Made by a program: the position numbers and the translations under genes. 64,000 bases of DNA from Centroscyllium fabricii (lineage: Eukaryota), in the NCBI GenBank assembly GCA_051313645.2, contig JBNRSN020000013.1, positions 104,594,001 to 104,658,000 of the forward strand, written 5' to 3'. How positions within the stretch are numbered: the first letter of the stretch is position 1; the number at the start of each line of letters is the position of its first letter. A model generated the notes under the pieces. The model worked only from the letters and a program-made list of their open reading frames with translations, searched no databases and was not told where the DNA came from. Below are positions 47,263-60,900 of this stretch, piece after piece.

Positions 47263-50255
47263 GCGGGTAGCGCCCCGCTCTCTGCAAGTAGCTCCCCGCT
47301 CTCTGTGTCTAACGCTCCGCGCTCTGTGTCTAACGAATCGCTCTTTGTGTCTATCGCCCTGCTCTCTGTGTCTAGCGCCCCGCTCTGTGTCTAGCGCCCC
47401 GCTCTGTGTCTAGCGCCACTCAGTGTCTAGCGTGCCGCTCTCTGTGTCTAGTGCCCCGCTCTCTGTGTCTAGCGCCCCGCTCTCTGTGTCTAGCGCCCTG
47501 CTCTCTGTGTCCAGCGCCCCGCTCTCTGTGTCCAGCGCCCCGCTCTCTGTGTCTAACGCCCCGCTCTCTGTGTCTAACGCCCCGCTCTCTGTGGCTAGCG
47601 CCCCGCTCTCTGTGTCTAACGCCCCGCTCTCCGAGTCTAACGATCCGCTCTCTGTGTCTAATGACCCGCTCTCTGTGTCTAACGCCCCACTCACTGTGTC
47701 TAACGCCCCGCTCTCTGTGTCTAACGCTCCGCTCTCTGTGTCTAACGCCCTGCTCTCTGTGTCTAACGCTCCGCTCTCTGTGTCTAACGCTCCGCTCTCT
47801 GTGTCTAGGGCCCCGCTCTCTGTGTCTAACGCTCCGCTCACTGTGTCTAGCGCCCCGCTCTCAGTCTCTAGCGTCCCGCTCTCTGTGTCTAACGCCCCGC
47901 TCACTGTGTCTAACGCCCCGCTCTCTGTGTCTAACGCCCCGCTCTCTGTGTCTAACGCCCCGCTCTCTGTGTCTAGGGCCCCGCTCTCTGTGTCTAACGC
48001 CCCGCTCTCTGTGTCTAACGCCCCGCTCTCTGTGTCTAACGCCCCGCTCTCTGTGTCTAACGCTCCGCTCTCTGTGTCTAACGCTCCGCTCTCTGTGTCT
48101 AACGCCTCGCTCTCTGTGTCTAACGCCCCGCTCACTGTGTCTAACGGCCCGCTCTCTGTGTCTAGCACCCCGCTCTCTGTGTCTAACGCTCTGCTCTGTG
48201 TCTAACGCTCCGCTCTCTGTGTCTAACGCTCCGCTCTCTGTGTCTAACGCTCCGCTCTCTGTGTCTAACGCCCCGCTCTCTGTGTCTAACGCCCCGCTCT
48301 CTGTGTCTAACGCCCCGCTCTCTGTGTCTAGGGCCCCGCTCTCTGTGTCTAACGCTCCGCTCTCTGTGTCTAACGCCCCGCTCTCTGTGTCTAACGGCCC
48401 GCTCTCTGTGTCTAACACACCGCGCTCTGTGTCTAACGCTCCGCTCTCTGTGTCTAACGCCCCGCTCTCTGTGTCTAACGCTCCGCTCACTGTGTCTAGC
48501 GCCCCGCTCTCTGTGTCTAACGCTCCGCTCTCTGTGTCTAACGCCCCGCTCTCTGTGTCTAACGCCCTGCTCTCTGTGTCTAACGCTCTGCTCTCTGTGT
48601 CTAACGCCCCGCTCTCTGTGTCTAACGCTCCGCTCTCTGTGTCTAACGCTCCGCTCACTGTGTCTAACGCCCCGCTCTCTGTGTCTAACGCCCCGCTCTC
48701 TGTGTCTAGCGCCCCGCTCTCTGTGTCTAACGCTCCGCTCTCTGTGTCTAACCCTCCGCTCTCTGTGTCTAACGCCCCGCTCTCTGTGTCTAACGCTCCG
48801 CTCTCTGTGTCTAGGGCCCCGCTCTCTGTGTCTAACGCCCCGCTCTCTGTGTCTAACGCCCCGCTCTCTGTGTCTAGCGCCCCGCTCTCTGTGTCTAACG
48901 CTCCGCTCCCTGTGTCTAACGCCCCGCTCTCTGTGTCTAACGCCCCGCTCTCTGTGTCTAACGCCCCGCTCTCTGTGTCTAGGGCCCCGCTCTCTGTGTC
49001 TAACGCTCCGCTCTCTGTGTCTAACGCTCCGCTCTCTGTGTCTAACGCTCCGCTCTCTGTGTCTAACGCCCCGCTCTCTGTGTCTAGGGCCCCGCTCTCT
49101 GTGTCTAACGCCCCTCTCTCTGTGTCTAACGCCCCACTCTCTGTGTCTAGCGCCCCGCTCTCTGTGTCTAGCGCCCCGCTCTCTGTGTCTAACGCTCTGC
49201 TCTCTCTGTCTAACGCCCCGCTCTCTGTGTCTAACGCACCGCTCTCTGTGTCTAACGCCCAGCTCTCTGTGTCTAACGCTCCGCTCTCTGTGTCTAACGC
49301 TCCGCTCTCTGTGTCTAACGCTCCGCTCTCTGTGTCTAGGGCCCCGCTCTCTGTGTCTAACGCTCCGCTCACTGTGTCTAGCGCCCCGCTCTCAGTGTCT
49401 AGCGTCCCGCTCTCTGTGTCTAACGCCCCGCTCACTGTGTCTAACGCCCCGTTCTCTGTGTCTAACGCCCCGCTCTCTGTGTCAAGCGCCCCGCTCTCTG
49501 TGTCTAACGCCCCGCTCTCTGTGCCTAACGCTCTGCTCTCTGTGTCTAACGCCCCGCTATCTGTGTCTAACGCCCCGCTCTCTGTGTCTAGGGCCCCGAT
49601 CTCTGTGTCTGACGCCCCGCTCTCTGTGTCTAACGCCCCGCTCTCTGTGTCTTACGCCCCGCTCTCTGTGTCTAACGCTCCGCTCTCTGTGTCCAACGCT
49701 CCGCTCTCTGTGTCTAATGCCTCGCTCTCTGTGTCTAATGCCTCGCTCTCTCTGTCTAACGCTCCGCTCTCTGTGTCTAACGCCCCGCTCTCTGTGTCTA
49801 ACGCCCCGCTCTCTGTGTCTAACGCCCCGCTCTCTGTGTCTAGCGCCCCGCTCTCTGTGTCTAACGCTCCGCTCTGTGTCTGACGCTCCGCTCTCTGTGT
49901 CTAACGCTCCGCTCTCTGTGCCTAACGCCCCGCTCTCTGTGTCAAGCGCCCCGCTCTCTGAGTCTAACGCCCCGCTCTCTGTGTCTAACGCTCCGCTCTC
50001 TGTGTCTAACGCCCCGCTCTCTGTGTCTAACGCCCCGCTCTCTGTGTCTGGGGCCCCGCTCTCTGTGTCTAACGCCCCGCTCTCTGTGTCTAACGCCCCG
50101 CTCTCTGTGTCTAACGCCCCGCTCTCTGTGTCGAATGCCCCGCTCTCTGTGTCTGACGCCCCGCTCTCTCTGTCTAACGCTCCGCTCTCTGTGTCTAACA
50201 CCCCGCTCTCTGTGTCTAACGCCCCGCTCTCTGTGTCTAACGCCCCGCTCTCTGT
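47263..50255. repeat. 21-bp satellite array, block 2
   Basis: Same monomer and orientation; resumes in register after the TSD. Confidence 0.99.
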
Positions 50256-51910
50256 TGTAAGGAGCGTGCGCCGTATATTTTATTGTACGACTTGGGGTCC
50301 GTTACTGCCTTGCGCTAGCAGTCCGCTAGGCCTCGCGCAATAACCTCCTCCCCCGCGAGCGGTTCGAATCGCTCACCCTTACGGTTCTAGACGTTGGACT
50401 TAGGTGCAGGAGAAGAGAGAGAGACGAGATGGATGCCGATTGGACTCAGATTTAGACTCGAATAAAAGTTTGCAAAGTTGGAAGATTTTATTACACCACA
50501 GGATATATTTACAGCAGTTAGGTTGTATCTCATCAGAACGACACAGTATGATACACCAACAATTGTTTCCCAAACAGATATATATATATATATGTACATA
50601 CACAGGTAACTTATAGGATGGGGAACGCACGGCACAACGTAAATCGGGCAATGACTCTATAACTACACCCCAAATAAACCACCCTTCCCTCTATTGCCTA
50701 GCTATGTCCAGGTGTGTAGGATCGAGGCACATGCTCACCACTCGGTAATACTCGGGGTCTGCTACGAAGTTCCTCGTTTCCTCGGCTGCAGCGTTGGTCG
50801 TCACGTGGCTGTGGAAGATTCGGGAGTCCACTTGTTGTCTTCTCCCTTTGGGCGGCGGTCGCTCCTGCTCGGGCTGGTCCCGGACGGGTTCCTCGAGGCT
50901 GCTCTATCTCCTCGCACCAACCGCACCGTCTCCCTGGCTGAACCGGACCCTGGGGTATGCCGATCCTGCCCTCTCAAGCCGAACTGTAACGGGCTGTTAG
51001 CCTATTTGCTTTCCCCACTCTTCAAATGATAGTTTATTCTTAGTGTTCAAGATGCTTCACTAATGGGGCCCAACAACCAACTACCTCACCAGCAATGGTT
51101 CTCCGATGCGACACTGCCCTGCCCCAACTCTGCTGTCCTGCCAGAGCCTTCACCCTGCTTGCCCTGCACCCAGAAAGCTGAACTGGAGTCTTCGAAACAG
51201 AGAGCCCACCCAAAGTTACTGCTACAGCTCACAAGTTCTTTCTGAGACCTCACCGCTTCAAGAGGTCGCCTCCACGAGTCAAGAGAGAGAAATCCAAGAG
51301 CCTTCTCCAAGAGCTCTCCGAAAAAGAAGAGAGATGAGAAGAGATCGAACTGTGCAATGTCCTGCTAGTTATACCCCAAAAGTTGAATGCCTAATGTCTT
51401 TCCCATTAGGGCCTGTATTGTGTTTAGAAAACGGTTACTGCATTCCTTTGTCCAGCCAAGCCTGCCGGTAATGGTTTGATGGCACCCTAACCTCTCCGTT
51501 AGAGCTCTCCTTTGTTTTTAAGGGTGCTAATCGCTTTAATGCAGGCTTGCTGTGGAAATCTTGTGTCTGGCTAAACGGCCAGTAATTTCAATATTTGCAG
51601 CTTTAGCGGGTGCTTATTTAACTGGGTGCATTTCTTTGTGGGGCTAAGCGGTTTCTGAGGGGCAGGTTACTTATTTACAGGTTTAACAGCGCCTTTATGT
51701 CTGGTTTCTTCGCGGGCTTTTCGAATTGGGTTTTAGTTTCGGTTTTGCACTATGCCATGTGGTCCGGCGGCCATCTTGGAGGCCCCTTTTCTCTGATCAG
51801 GCCGCAGCCTGTCTTGTCTGTCATTGTTCAATAAAAGAAAATATGTATACTCCATCCTTCGTTTCTGGTCTTTGTGAATCCGTTTTGACAGGGAATATTG
51901 CGACCTTACA
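50256..51910 (-). mobile_element. Solo LTR (1655 bp), inverted, TSD CTGT (50252-50255 / 51911-51914)
   Basis: Reverse complement of the family LTR with both termini intact (TGTAAGGAGC... and ...CGACCTTACA). No PBS, PPT or internal sequence; matching 4-bp flanks. Confidence 0.97.
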
Positions 51911-54900
51911 CTGTGTCTAACGCCTCGCTCTCTGTGTCTAACGCCCCGCTCTCTGTGTCTAACGCCCCGCTCTCTGTGTCTAACGCCCCGCTCTCTGTGT
52001 CTAACGCTCCGCTCTCTGTGTCTAACGCTCCGCTCTCTGTGTCTAACGCCCCGCTCTCTGTGTCAAGCGCCCCGCTCTCTGTGTCAAGCGCCCCGCTCTC
52101 TGTGTCTAACGCCCCGCTCTCTGTGTCTAACGCCCCGCTCTCAGTGTCTAACGCCCCGCTCTCTGTGTCTAACGCCCCGCTCTCTGTGTCTAACGCCCCG
52201 CTCTCTGTGTCTAACGCCCCGCTCTCTGTGTCTAGGGCCCCGCTCTCTGTGTCTAACGCTCCGCTCTCTGTGTCTAAGTCCCCGCTCGCTGTGTCTAACG
52301 CTCCGCTCTCTATGTCTAACGCCCCACTCTCTGTGTCTAACACTCCTCTCTCTGTGTCTAACGCTCCGCTCTCTGTGTCTAACGCCCCGCTCTCTGTGTC
52401 TAGGGCCCCGCTCTCTGTGTCTAACACTCCACTCTCTGTGTCTAACTCCCCGCTCTCTGTGTCTAACGCTCCGCTCACTGTGTCTAGCGCCCCGCTCTGT
52501 GTCTAGCGTCCCGCTCTCAGTGTCTAGCGCCCCACTCTCTGTGTCTAGTGCCCCGCTCTCTGTGTCTAGCGCCCCGCTCTCAGTGTCTAGCACCCCACTC
52601 CCTGTGTCTAGCGCCCCGCTCTCTGTGTCTAGAGCCCCACTCTGTGTCTAACGCCCTGCTCTCAGTGTCTAATGCTCCGCTCTCTGTGTCTAACGCCCCA
52701 CTCTCTGTTTCTAACGCTCCGCTCTCTGTGTCTAACGCCCCGCTCTCTTTGTCTAACGCTCTGCTCTGTGTCAAACGCCCCACTCTCTGTGTCTAGCGCT
52801 CCGCTCTGTGTCTAACACCCCGCTCTCTGTGTCTAACGCCCCGCTCTCTTTGTCTAACGCTCCGCTCTCTTTGTCTAATGCTCCGCTCTCTGTGTCTAAC
52901 GACCCACTCTCTGTGTCTAACGCTCCGCTCTCTGTATCTAACGCCCCGCTCTCTGTTTCTAACGCCCCGCTCTCTGTGTCTAACGCCCCGCTCTCTGTGT
53001 CTAACGCCCCTCTCTCTGTGTCTAACGCCCCGCTCTCTGTGTCTAACGACCCGCTCTCTGAGTCTAACGCCCCGCTCTCTGTGTCTAACGCCCCGCTCTC
53101 TGTGTCTAACGCCCCGCTCTCTGTGTCTAACGACCCGCTCTCTGTGTCTAACGACCCGCTCTCTGTGTCTAACGCTCCGCTCTCTGTATCTAACGCCCCG
53201 CTCTCTGTGTCTAACGCCCCGCTCTCTGTGTCTAACGCCCCGCTCTTTGTGTCTAACGCCACGCTCTCTGTGTCTAACGCCCCGCTCTCTGTGTCTAACG
53301 CCCCACTCTCTGTGTCTAACGCTCCGCTCTCTGTGTCTAACGCCCCGCTCTCTGTGTCTAACGCCCCTCTCTCTGTGTCTAACGCCCCGCTCTCTGTGTC
53401 TAACACCCCACTCTCTGTTTCTAGCGCCCCGCTCTGTGTCCGGCGCCGCTCAGTGTCTAGCGTCCCGCTCTCTGCGTCTAGCGCCCCGCTCTCTGTGTCT
53501 AGCGCCCCGCTCTCAGTGTTTAGCGCCCTGCTCTCAGTGTCTAGCGCCCCGCTCTCAGTGTCTAGCGCCCCGCTCTCTGTGTCTAGCGCCCCGCTCTCTG
53601 TGTCTAGCGCCCCGTCTCTGTGTCTAGCGCCCCGCTCTCTGTGTCTAGCGCTCCACTCTCAGTGTCTAACGCCCTGCTCTCAGTGTCTAACGCTGCGCTC
53701 TCTGTGTCTAACGCCCCGCTCTCTGTGCCTAACGCCCCGCTCTCTTTGTCCAGCGCTCCGCTCTCTGTGTCTAACGCCCCACTCTCTGTGTCTAGCGCCC
53801 CGCTCTCTGTGTCTAACGCTCCGCTCTCTGTGTCTAACGCCCCGCTCTCTGTGTCTAACGCCCCGCTCTCTGTGTCTAATGTTCCACTCTCAGTGTCTAA
53901 CGCCCCACCCTCTGTGCCTAACGCCCCGCTCTCTGTGTCTAGCGCCCCGCTCTCAGTGTCTAACGCCCCACTCTCTGTGTCTAGTGCTCCGCTCTCTGTG
54001 TCTAACGCCCCGCTCTCTGTGTCTAACGCCCTGCTCTCTTTGTCTAACGCTCTGCTCTCTGTGTCTAACGACCCGCTCTCTGTGTCTAACGACCCGCTCT
54101 CTGTTTCTAGCGCTCCGCTCTCTGTGTCAAACGCCCCGCACTCATTGTCTAACGCTGGGCTCTCTGTGTCTAACGCCCCGCTCTCTGTGTCTAATGCCCC
54201 GCTCTCTGTGTCTAACGCTCCGCTCTCTGTGTCTAACGCTCCGCTCTCTGTGTCTAACGCTCCGCTCTCTGTGTCTAACGCCCTGCTCTCTGTGTCTAAC
54301 GCCCCGCTCTCTGTGTCTAACGACCCGCTCTCTGTTTCTAGCGCTCCGCTCTCTATGTCAAACGCCCCGCACTCATTGTCTAACGCTGGGCTCTCAGTGT
54401 CTAACGCCCCGCTCTCTGTGTCTAACGCCCCGCTCTCTGTGTCTACCGCCCCGCTCTCTGTGTCTAACGCTCCGCTCTCTGTGTCTAACGCCCCGCTCTC
54501 TGTGTCTAGGGCCCCGCTCTCTGTGTCTAACGCTCCGCTCTCAGTGTCTAACGCCCCGCTCTCTGTGTCTAACGCCCCGCTCTCTGTGTCTAACGCCCCG
54601 CTCTCTGTGTCTAGGGCCCCGCTCTCTGTGTCTAACGCTCCGCTCTCTGTGTCTAAGTCCCCGCTCTCTGTGTCTAACGCCCCGCTCTCTGTGTCTAACG
54701 CTCCGCTCTCTATGTCTAACGCCCCACTCTCTGTGTCTAACACTCCTCTCTCTGTGTCTAACGCTCCGCTCTCTGTGTCTAACGCCCCGCTCTCTGTGTC
54801 TAGGGCCCCGCTCTCTGTGTCTAACGCTCCACTCTCTGTGTCTAACTCCCCGCTCTCTATGTCTAACGCTCCGCTCACTGTGTCTAGCGCCCCGCTCTGT

Positions 54901-57900
54901 GTCTAGCGTCCCGCTCTCAGTGTCTAGCGCCCCACTCTCTGTGTCTAGCGCCCCGCTCTCTGTGTCTAGCGCCCCGCTCTCAGTGTCTAGCACCCCACTC
55001 CCTGTGTCTAGCGCCCCGCTCTCTGTGTCTAGAGCCCCACTCTGTGGCTAACACCCTGCTCTCAGTGTCTAATGCTCCGCTCTCTGTGTCTAACGCCCCA
55101 CTCTCTGTTTCTAACGCTCCGCTCTCTGTGTCTAACGCCCCGCTCTCTTTGTCTAACGCTCTGCTCTGTGTCAAACGCCCCACTCTCTGTGTCTAGCGCT
55201 CCGCTCTGTGTCTAACACCCCGCTCTCTGTGTCTAACGCCCCGCTCTCTTTGTCTAACGCTCCGCTCTCTTTGTCTAATGCTCCGCTCTCTGTGTCTAAC
55301 GACCCACTCTCTGTGTCTAACGCTCCGCTCTCTGTATCTAACGCCCCGCTCTCTGTTTCTAACGCCCCGCTCTCTGTGTCAAACGCCCCGCTCTCTGTGT
55401 CTAACGCCCCTCTCTCTGTGTCTAACGCCCCACTCTCTGTGTCTAACGACCCGCTCTCTGAGTCTAACGCCCCGCTCTCTGTGTCTAACGCCCCGCTCTC
55501 TGTGTCTAACGCCCCGCTCTCTGTGTCTAACGCCCCGCTCTCTGTGTCTAACGCCCCGCTCTCTGTGTCTAACGACCCGCTCTCTGTGTCTAACGCTCCG
55601 CTCTCTGTATCTAACGCCCCGCTCTCTGTGTCTAACGCCCCGCTCTCTGTGTCTAACGCCCCGCTCTTTGTGTCTAACGCCACGCTCTCTGTGTCTAACG
55701 CCCCGCTCTCTGTGTCTAACGCCCCGCTCTCTGTATCTAATGCTCCGCTCTCTGTGTCTAATGACCCGCTCTCTTTGTCTAACGCCCCGCTCTCTGTGTC
55801 TAACGCCCCGCTCTCTGTGTCTAACGCCCCGCTCTCTGTGTCTAACGCCCCGCTCTCTGTGTCTAACGCCCCTCTCTCTGTGTCTAACGCCCCGCTCTCT
55901 GTGTCTAACACCCCACTCTCTGTTTCTAGCGCCCCGCTCTGTGTCCGGCGCCGCTCAGTGTCTAGCGTCCCGCTCTCTGCGTCTAGCGCCCCGCTCTCTG
56001 TGTCTAGCGCCCCGCTCTCAGTGTTTAGCGCCCTGCTCTCAGTGTCTAGCGCCCCGCTCTCAGTGTCTAGCGCCCCGCTCTCTGTGTCTAGCGCCCCGCT
56101 CTCTGTGTCTAGCGCCCCGTCTCTGTGTCTAGCGCCCCGCTCTCTGTGTCTAGCGCTCCACTCTCAGTGTCTAACGCCCTGCTCTCAGTGTCTAACGCTG
56201 CGCTCTCTGTGTCTAACGCCCCGCTCTCTGTGCCTAACGCCCCGCTCTCTTTGTCCAGCGCTCCGCTCTCTGTGTCTAACGCCCCACTCTCTGTGTCTAG
56301 CGCCCCGCTCTCTGTGTCTAACGCTCCGCTCTCTGTGTCTAACGCCCCGCTCTCTGTGTCTAACGCCCCGCTCTCTGTGTCTAATGTTCCACTCTCAGTG
56401 TCTAACGCCCCACCCTCTGTGCCTAACGCCCCGCTCTCTGTGTCTAGCGCCCCGCTCTCAGTGTCTAACGCCCCACTCTCTGTGTCTAGTGCTCCGCTCT
56501 CTGTGTCTAACGCCCCGCTCTCTGTGTCTAACGCCCTGCTCTCTTTGTCTAACACTCTGCTCTCTGTGTCTAACGACCCACTCTCTGTGTCTAACGACCC
56601 GCTCTCTGTTTCTAGCGCTCCGCTCTCTGTGTCAAACGCCCCGCACTCATTGTCTAACGCTGGGCTCTCTGTGTCTAACGCCCCGCTCTCTGTGTCTAAT
56701 GCCCCGCTCTCTGTGTCTAACGCTCCGCTCTCTGTGTCTAACGCTCCGCTCTCTGTGTCTAACGCTCCGCTCTCTGTGTCTAACGCCCTGCTCTCTGTGT
56801 CTAACGCCCCGCTCTCTGTGTCTAACGACCCGCTCTCTGTTTCTAGCGCTCCGCTCTCTGTGTCAAACGCCCCGCACTCATTGTCTAACGCTGGGCTCTC
56901 AGTGTCTAACGCCCCGCTCTCTGTGTCTAACGCTCCGCTCTCTGTGTCTAACGCCCCGCTCTCTGTGTCTAGGGCCCCGCTCTCTGTGTCTAACGCTCCG
57001 CTCTCTGTGTCTAACGCCCCGCTCTCTGTGTCTAACACCCCGCTCTCTGTGTCTAATGCTCCGCTCTCTGTGTCTAACGCCCCACTCTCTGTGTCTAACG
57101 CTCCGCTCTCTGTGTCTAACGCTCCGCTCTCTGTGTCTAACGCCCCGCTCTCTGTGTCTAGGGCCCCGCTCTCTGTGTCTAACGCTCCACACTCTGTGTC
57201 TAACTCCTCGCTCTCTGTGTCTAACGCTCCGCTCACTGTGTCTAGCGCCCAGCTCTGTGTCTAGCGTCCCGCTCTCAGTGTCTAGCGCCCCACTCTCTGT
57301 GTCTAGCGCCCCGCTCTCTGTGTCTAACACCCCACTCTCTGTTTCTAGCGCCCCGCTCTGTGTCCGGCGCCGCTCAGTGTCTAGCGTCCCGCTCTCTGCG
57401 TCTAGCGCCCCGCTCTCTGTGTCTAGCGCCCCGCTCTCAGTGTTTAGCGCCCTGCTCTCAGTGTCTAGCGCCCCGCTCTCAGTGTCTAGCGCCCCGCTCT
57501 CTGTGTCTAGCGCCCCGCTCTCTGTGTCTAGCGCCCCGTCTCTGTGTCTAGCGCCCCGCTCTCTGTGTCTAGCGCTCCACTCTCAGTGTCTAACGCCCTG
57601 CTCTCAGTGTCTAACGCTGCGCTCTCTGTGTCTAACGCCCCGCTCTCTGTGCCTAACGCCCCGCTCTCTTTGTCCAGCGCTCCGCTCTCTGTGTCTAACG
57701 CCCCACTCTCTGTGTCTAGCGCCCCGCTCTCTGTGTCTAACGCTCCGCTCTCTGTGTCTAACGCCCCGCTCTCTGTGTCTAACGCCCCGCTCTCTGTGTC
57801 TAATGTTCCACTCTCAGTGTCTAACGCCCCACCCTCTGTGCCTAACGCCCCGCTCTCTGTGTCTAGCGCCCCGCTCTCAGTGTCTAACGCCCCGCTCTCT

Positions 57901-60900
57901 GTGTCTAACGCCCTGCTCTCTTTGTCTAACGCTCTGCTCTCTGTGTCTAACGACCCGCTCTCTGTGTCTAACGACCCGCTCTCTGTTTCTAGCGCTCCGC
58001 TCTCTGTGTCAAACGCCCCGCACTCATTGTCTAACGCTGGGCTCTCTGTGTCTAACGCCCCGCTCTCTGTGTCTAATGCCCCGCTCTCTGTGTCTAACGC
58101 TCCGCTCTCTGTGTCTAACGCTCCGCTCTCTGTGTCTAACGCTCCGCTCTCTGTGTCTAACGCCCTGCTCTCTGTGTCTAACGCCCCGCTCTCTGTGTCT
58201 AACGACCCGCTCTCTGTTTCTAGCGCTCCGCTCTCTATGTCAAACGCCCCGCACTCATTGTCTAACGCTGGGCTCTCAGTGTCTAACGCCCCGCTCTCTG
58301 TGTCTAACGCCCCGCTCTCTGTGTCTACCGCCCCGCTCTCTGTGTCTAACGCTCCGCTCTCTGTGTCTAACGCCCCGCTCTCTGTGTCTAGGGCCCCGCT
58401 CTCTGTGTCTAACGCTCCGCTCTCAGTGTCTAACGACCCGCTCTCTGTGTCTAACGCCCCGCTCTCTGTGTCTAACGCCCCGCTCTCTGTGTCTAGGGCC
58501 CCGCTCTCTGTGTCTAACGCTCCGCTCTCTGTGTCTAAGTCCCCGCTCTCTGTGTCTAACGCCCCGCTCTCTGTGTCTAACGCTCCGCTCTCTATGTCTA
58601 ACGCCCCACTCTCTGTGTCTAACACTCCTCTCTCTGTGTCTAACGCTCCGCTCTCTGTGTCTAACGCCCCGCTCTCTGTGTCTAGGGCCCCGCTCTCTGT
58701 GTCTAACGCTCCACTCTCTGTGTCTAACTCCCCGCTCTCTATGTCTAACGCTCCGCTCACTGTGTCTAGCGCCCCGCTCTGTGTCTAGCGTCCCGCTCTC
58801 AGTGTCTAGCGCCCCACTCTCTGTGTCTAGCGCCCCGCTCTCTGTGTCTAGCGCCCCGCTCTCAGTGTCTAGCACCCCACTCCCTGTGTCTAGCGCCCCG
58901 CTCTCTGTGTCTAGAGCCCCACTCTGTGGCTAACACCCTGCTCTCAGTGTCTAATGCTCCGCTCTCTGTGTCTAACGCCCCACTCTCTGTTTCTAACGCT
59001 CCGCTCTCTGTGTCTAACGCCCCGCTCTCTTTGTCTAACGCTCTGCTCTGTGTCAAACGCCCCACTCTCTGTGTCTAGCGCTCCGCTCTGTGTCTAACAC
59101 CCCGCTCTCTGTGTCTAACGCCCCGCTCTCTTTGTCTAACGCTCCGCTCTCTTTGTCTAATGCTCCGCTCTCTGTGTCTAACGACCCACTCTCTGTGTCT
59201 AACGCTCCGCTCTCTGTATCTAACGCCCCGCTCTCTGTTTCTAACGCCCCGCTCTCTGTGTCAAACGCCCCGCTCTCTGTGTCTAACGCCCCTCTCTCTG
59301 TGTCTAACGCCCCACTCTCTGTGTCTAACGACCCGCTCTCTGAGTCTAACGCCCCGCTCTCTGTGTCTAACGCCCCGCTCTCTGTGTCTAACGCCCCGCT
59401 CTCTGTGTCTAACGCCCCGCTCTCTGTGTCTAACGCCCCGCTCTCTGTGTCTAACGACCCGCTCTCTGTGTCTAACGCTCCGCTCTCTGTATCTAACGCC
59501 CCGCTCTCTGTGTCTAACGCCCCGCTCTCTGTGTCTAACGCCCCGCTCTTTGTGTCTAACGCCACGCTCTCTGTGTCTAACGCCCCGCTCTCTGTGTCTA
59601 ACGCCCCGCTCTCTGTATCTAATGCTCCGCTCTCTGTGTCTAATGACCCGCTCTCTTTGTCTAACGCCCCGCTCTCTGTGTCTAACGCCCCGCTCTCTGT
59701 GTCTAACGCCCCGCTCTCTGTGTCTAACGCCCCGCTCTCTGTGTCTAACGCCCCTCTCTCTGTGTCTAACGCCCCGCTCTCTGTGTCTAACACCCCACTC
59801 TCTGTTTCTAGCGCCCCGCTCTGTGTCCGGCGCCGCTCAGTGTCTAGCGTCCCGCTCTCTGCGTCTAGCGCCCCGCTCTCTGTGTCTAGCGCCCAGCTCT
59901 CAGTGTTTAGCGCCCTGCTCTCAGTGTCTAGCGCCCCGCTCTCAGTGTCTAGCGCCCCGCTCTCTGTGTCTAGCGCCCCGCTCTCTGTGTCTAGCGCCCC
60001 GTCTCTGTGTCTAGCGCCCCGCTCTCTGTGTCTAGCGCTCCACTCTCAGTGTCTAACGCCCTGCTCTCAGTGTCTAACGCTGCGCTCTCTGTGTCTAACG
60101 CCCCGCTCTCTGTGCCTAACGCCCCGCTCTCTTTGTCCAGCGCTCCGCTCTCTGTGTCTAACGCCCCACTCTCTGTGTCTAGCGCCCCGCTCTCTGTGTC
60201 TAACGCTCCGCTCTCTGTGTCTAACGCCCCGCTCTCTGTGTCTAACGCCCCGCTCTCTGTGTCTAATGTTCCACTCTCAGTGTCTAACGCCCCACCCTCT
60301 GTGCCTAACGCCCCGCTCTCTGTGTCTAGCGCCCCGCTCTCAGTGTCTAACGCCCCACTCTCTGTGTCTAGTGCTCCGCTCTCTGTGTCTAACGCCCCGC
60401 TCTCTGTGTCTAACGCCCTGCTCTCTTTGTCTAACACTCTGCTCTCTGTGTCTAACGACCCACTCTCTGTGTCTAACGACCCGCTCTCTGTTTCTAGCGC
60501 TCCGCTCTCTGTGTCAAACGCCCCGCACTCATTGTCTAACGCTGGGCTCTCTGTGTCTAACGCCCCGCTCTCTGTGTCTAATGCCCCGCTCTCTGTGTCT
60601 AACGCTCCGCTCTCTGTGTCTAACGCTCCGCTCTCTGTGTCTAACGCTCCGCTCTCTGTGTCTAACGCCCTGCTCTCTGTGTCTAACGCCCCGCTCTCTG
60701 TGTCTAACGACCCGCTCTCTGTTTCTAGCGCTCCGCTCTCTGTGTCAAACGCCCCGCACTCATTGTCTAACGCTGGGCTCTCAGTGTCTAACGCCCCGCT
60801 CTCTGTGTCTAACGCTCCGCTCTCTGTGTCTAACGCCCCGCTCTCTGTGTCTAGGGCCCCGCTCTCTGTGTCTAACGCTCCGCTCTCTGTGTCTAACGCC

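Noticed and set aside
50360-50375. GGTTCGAATCGC resembling a Pol III B box or tRNA T-arm
   Set aside because: No A box or cloverleaf is visible. It is the antisense of the LTR hairpin and is altered in the first LTR.
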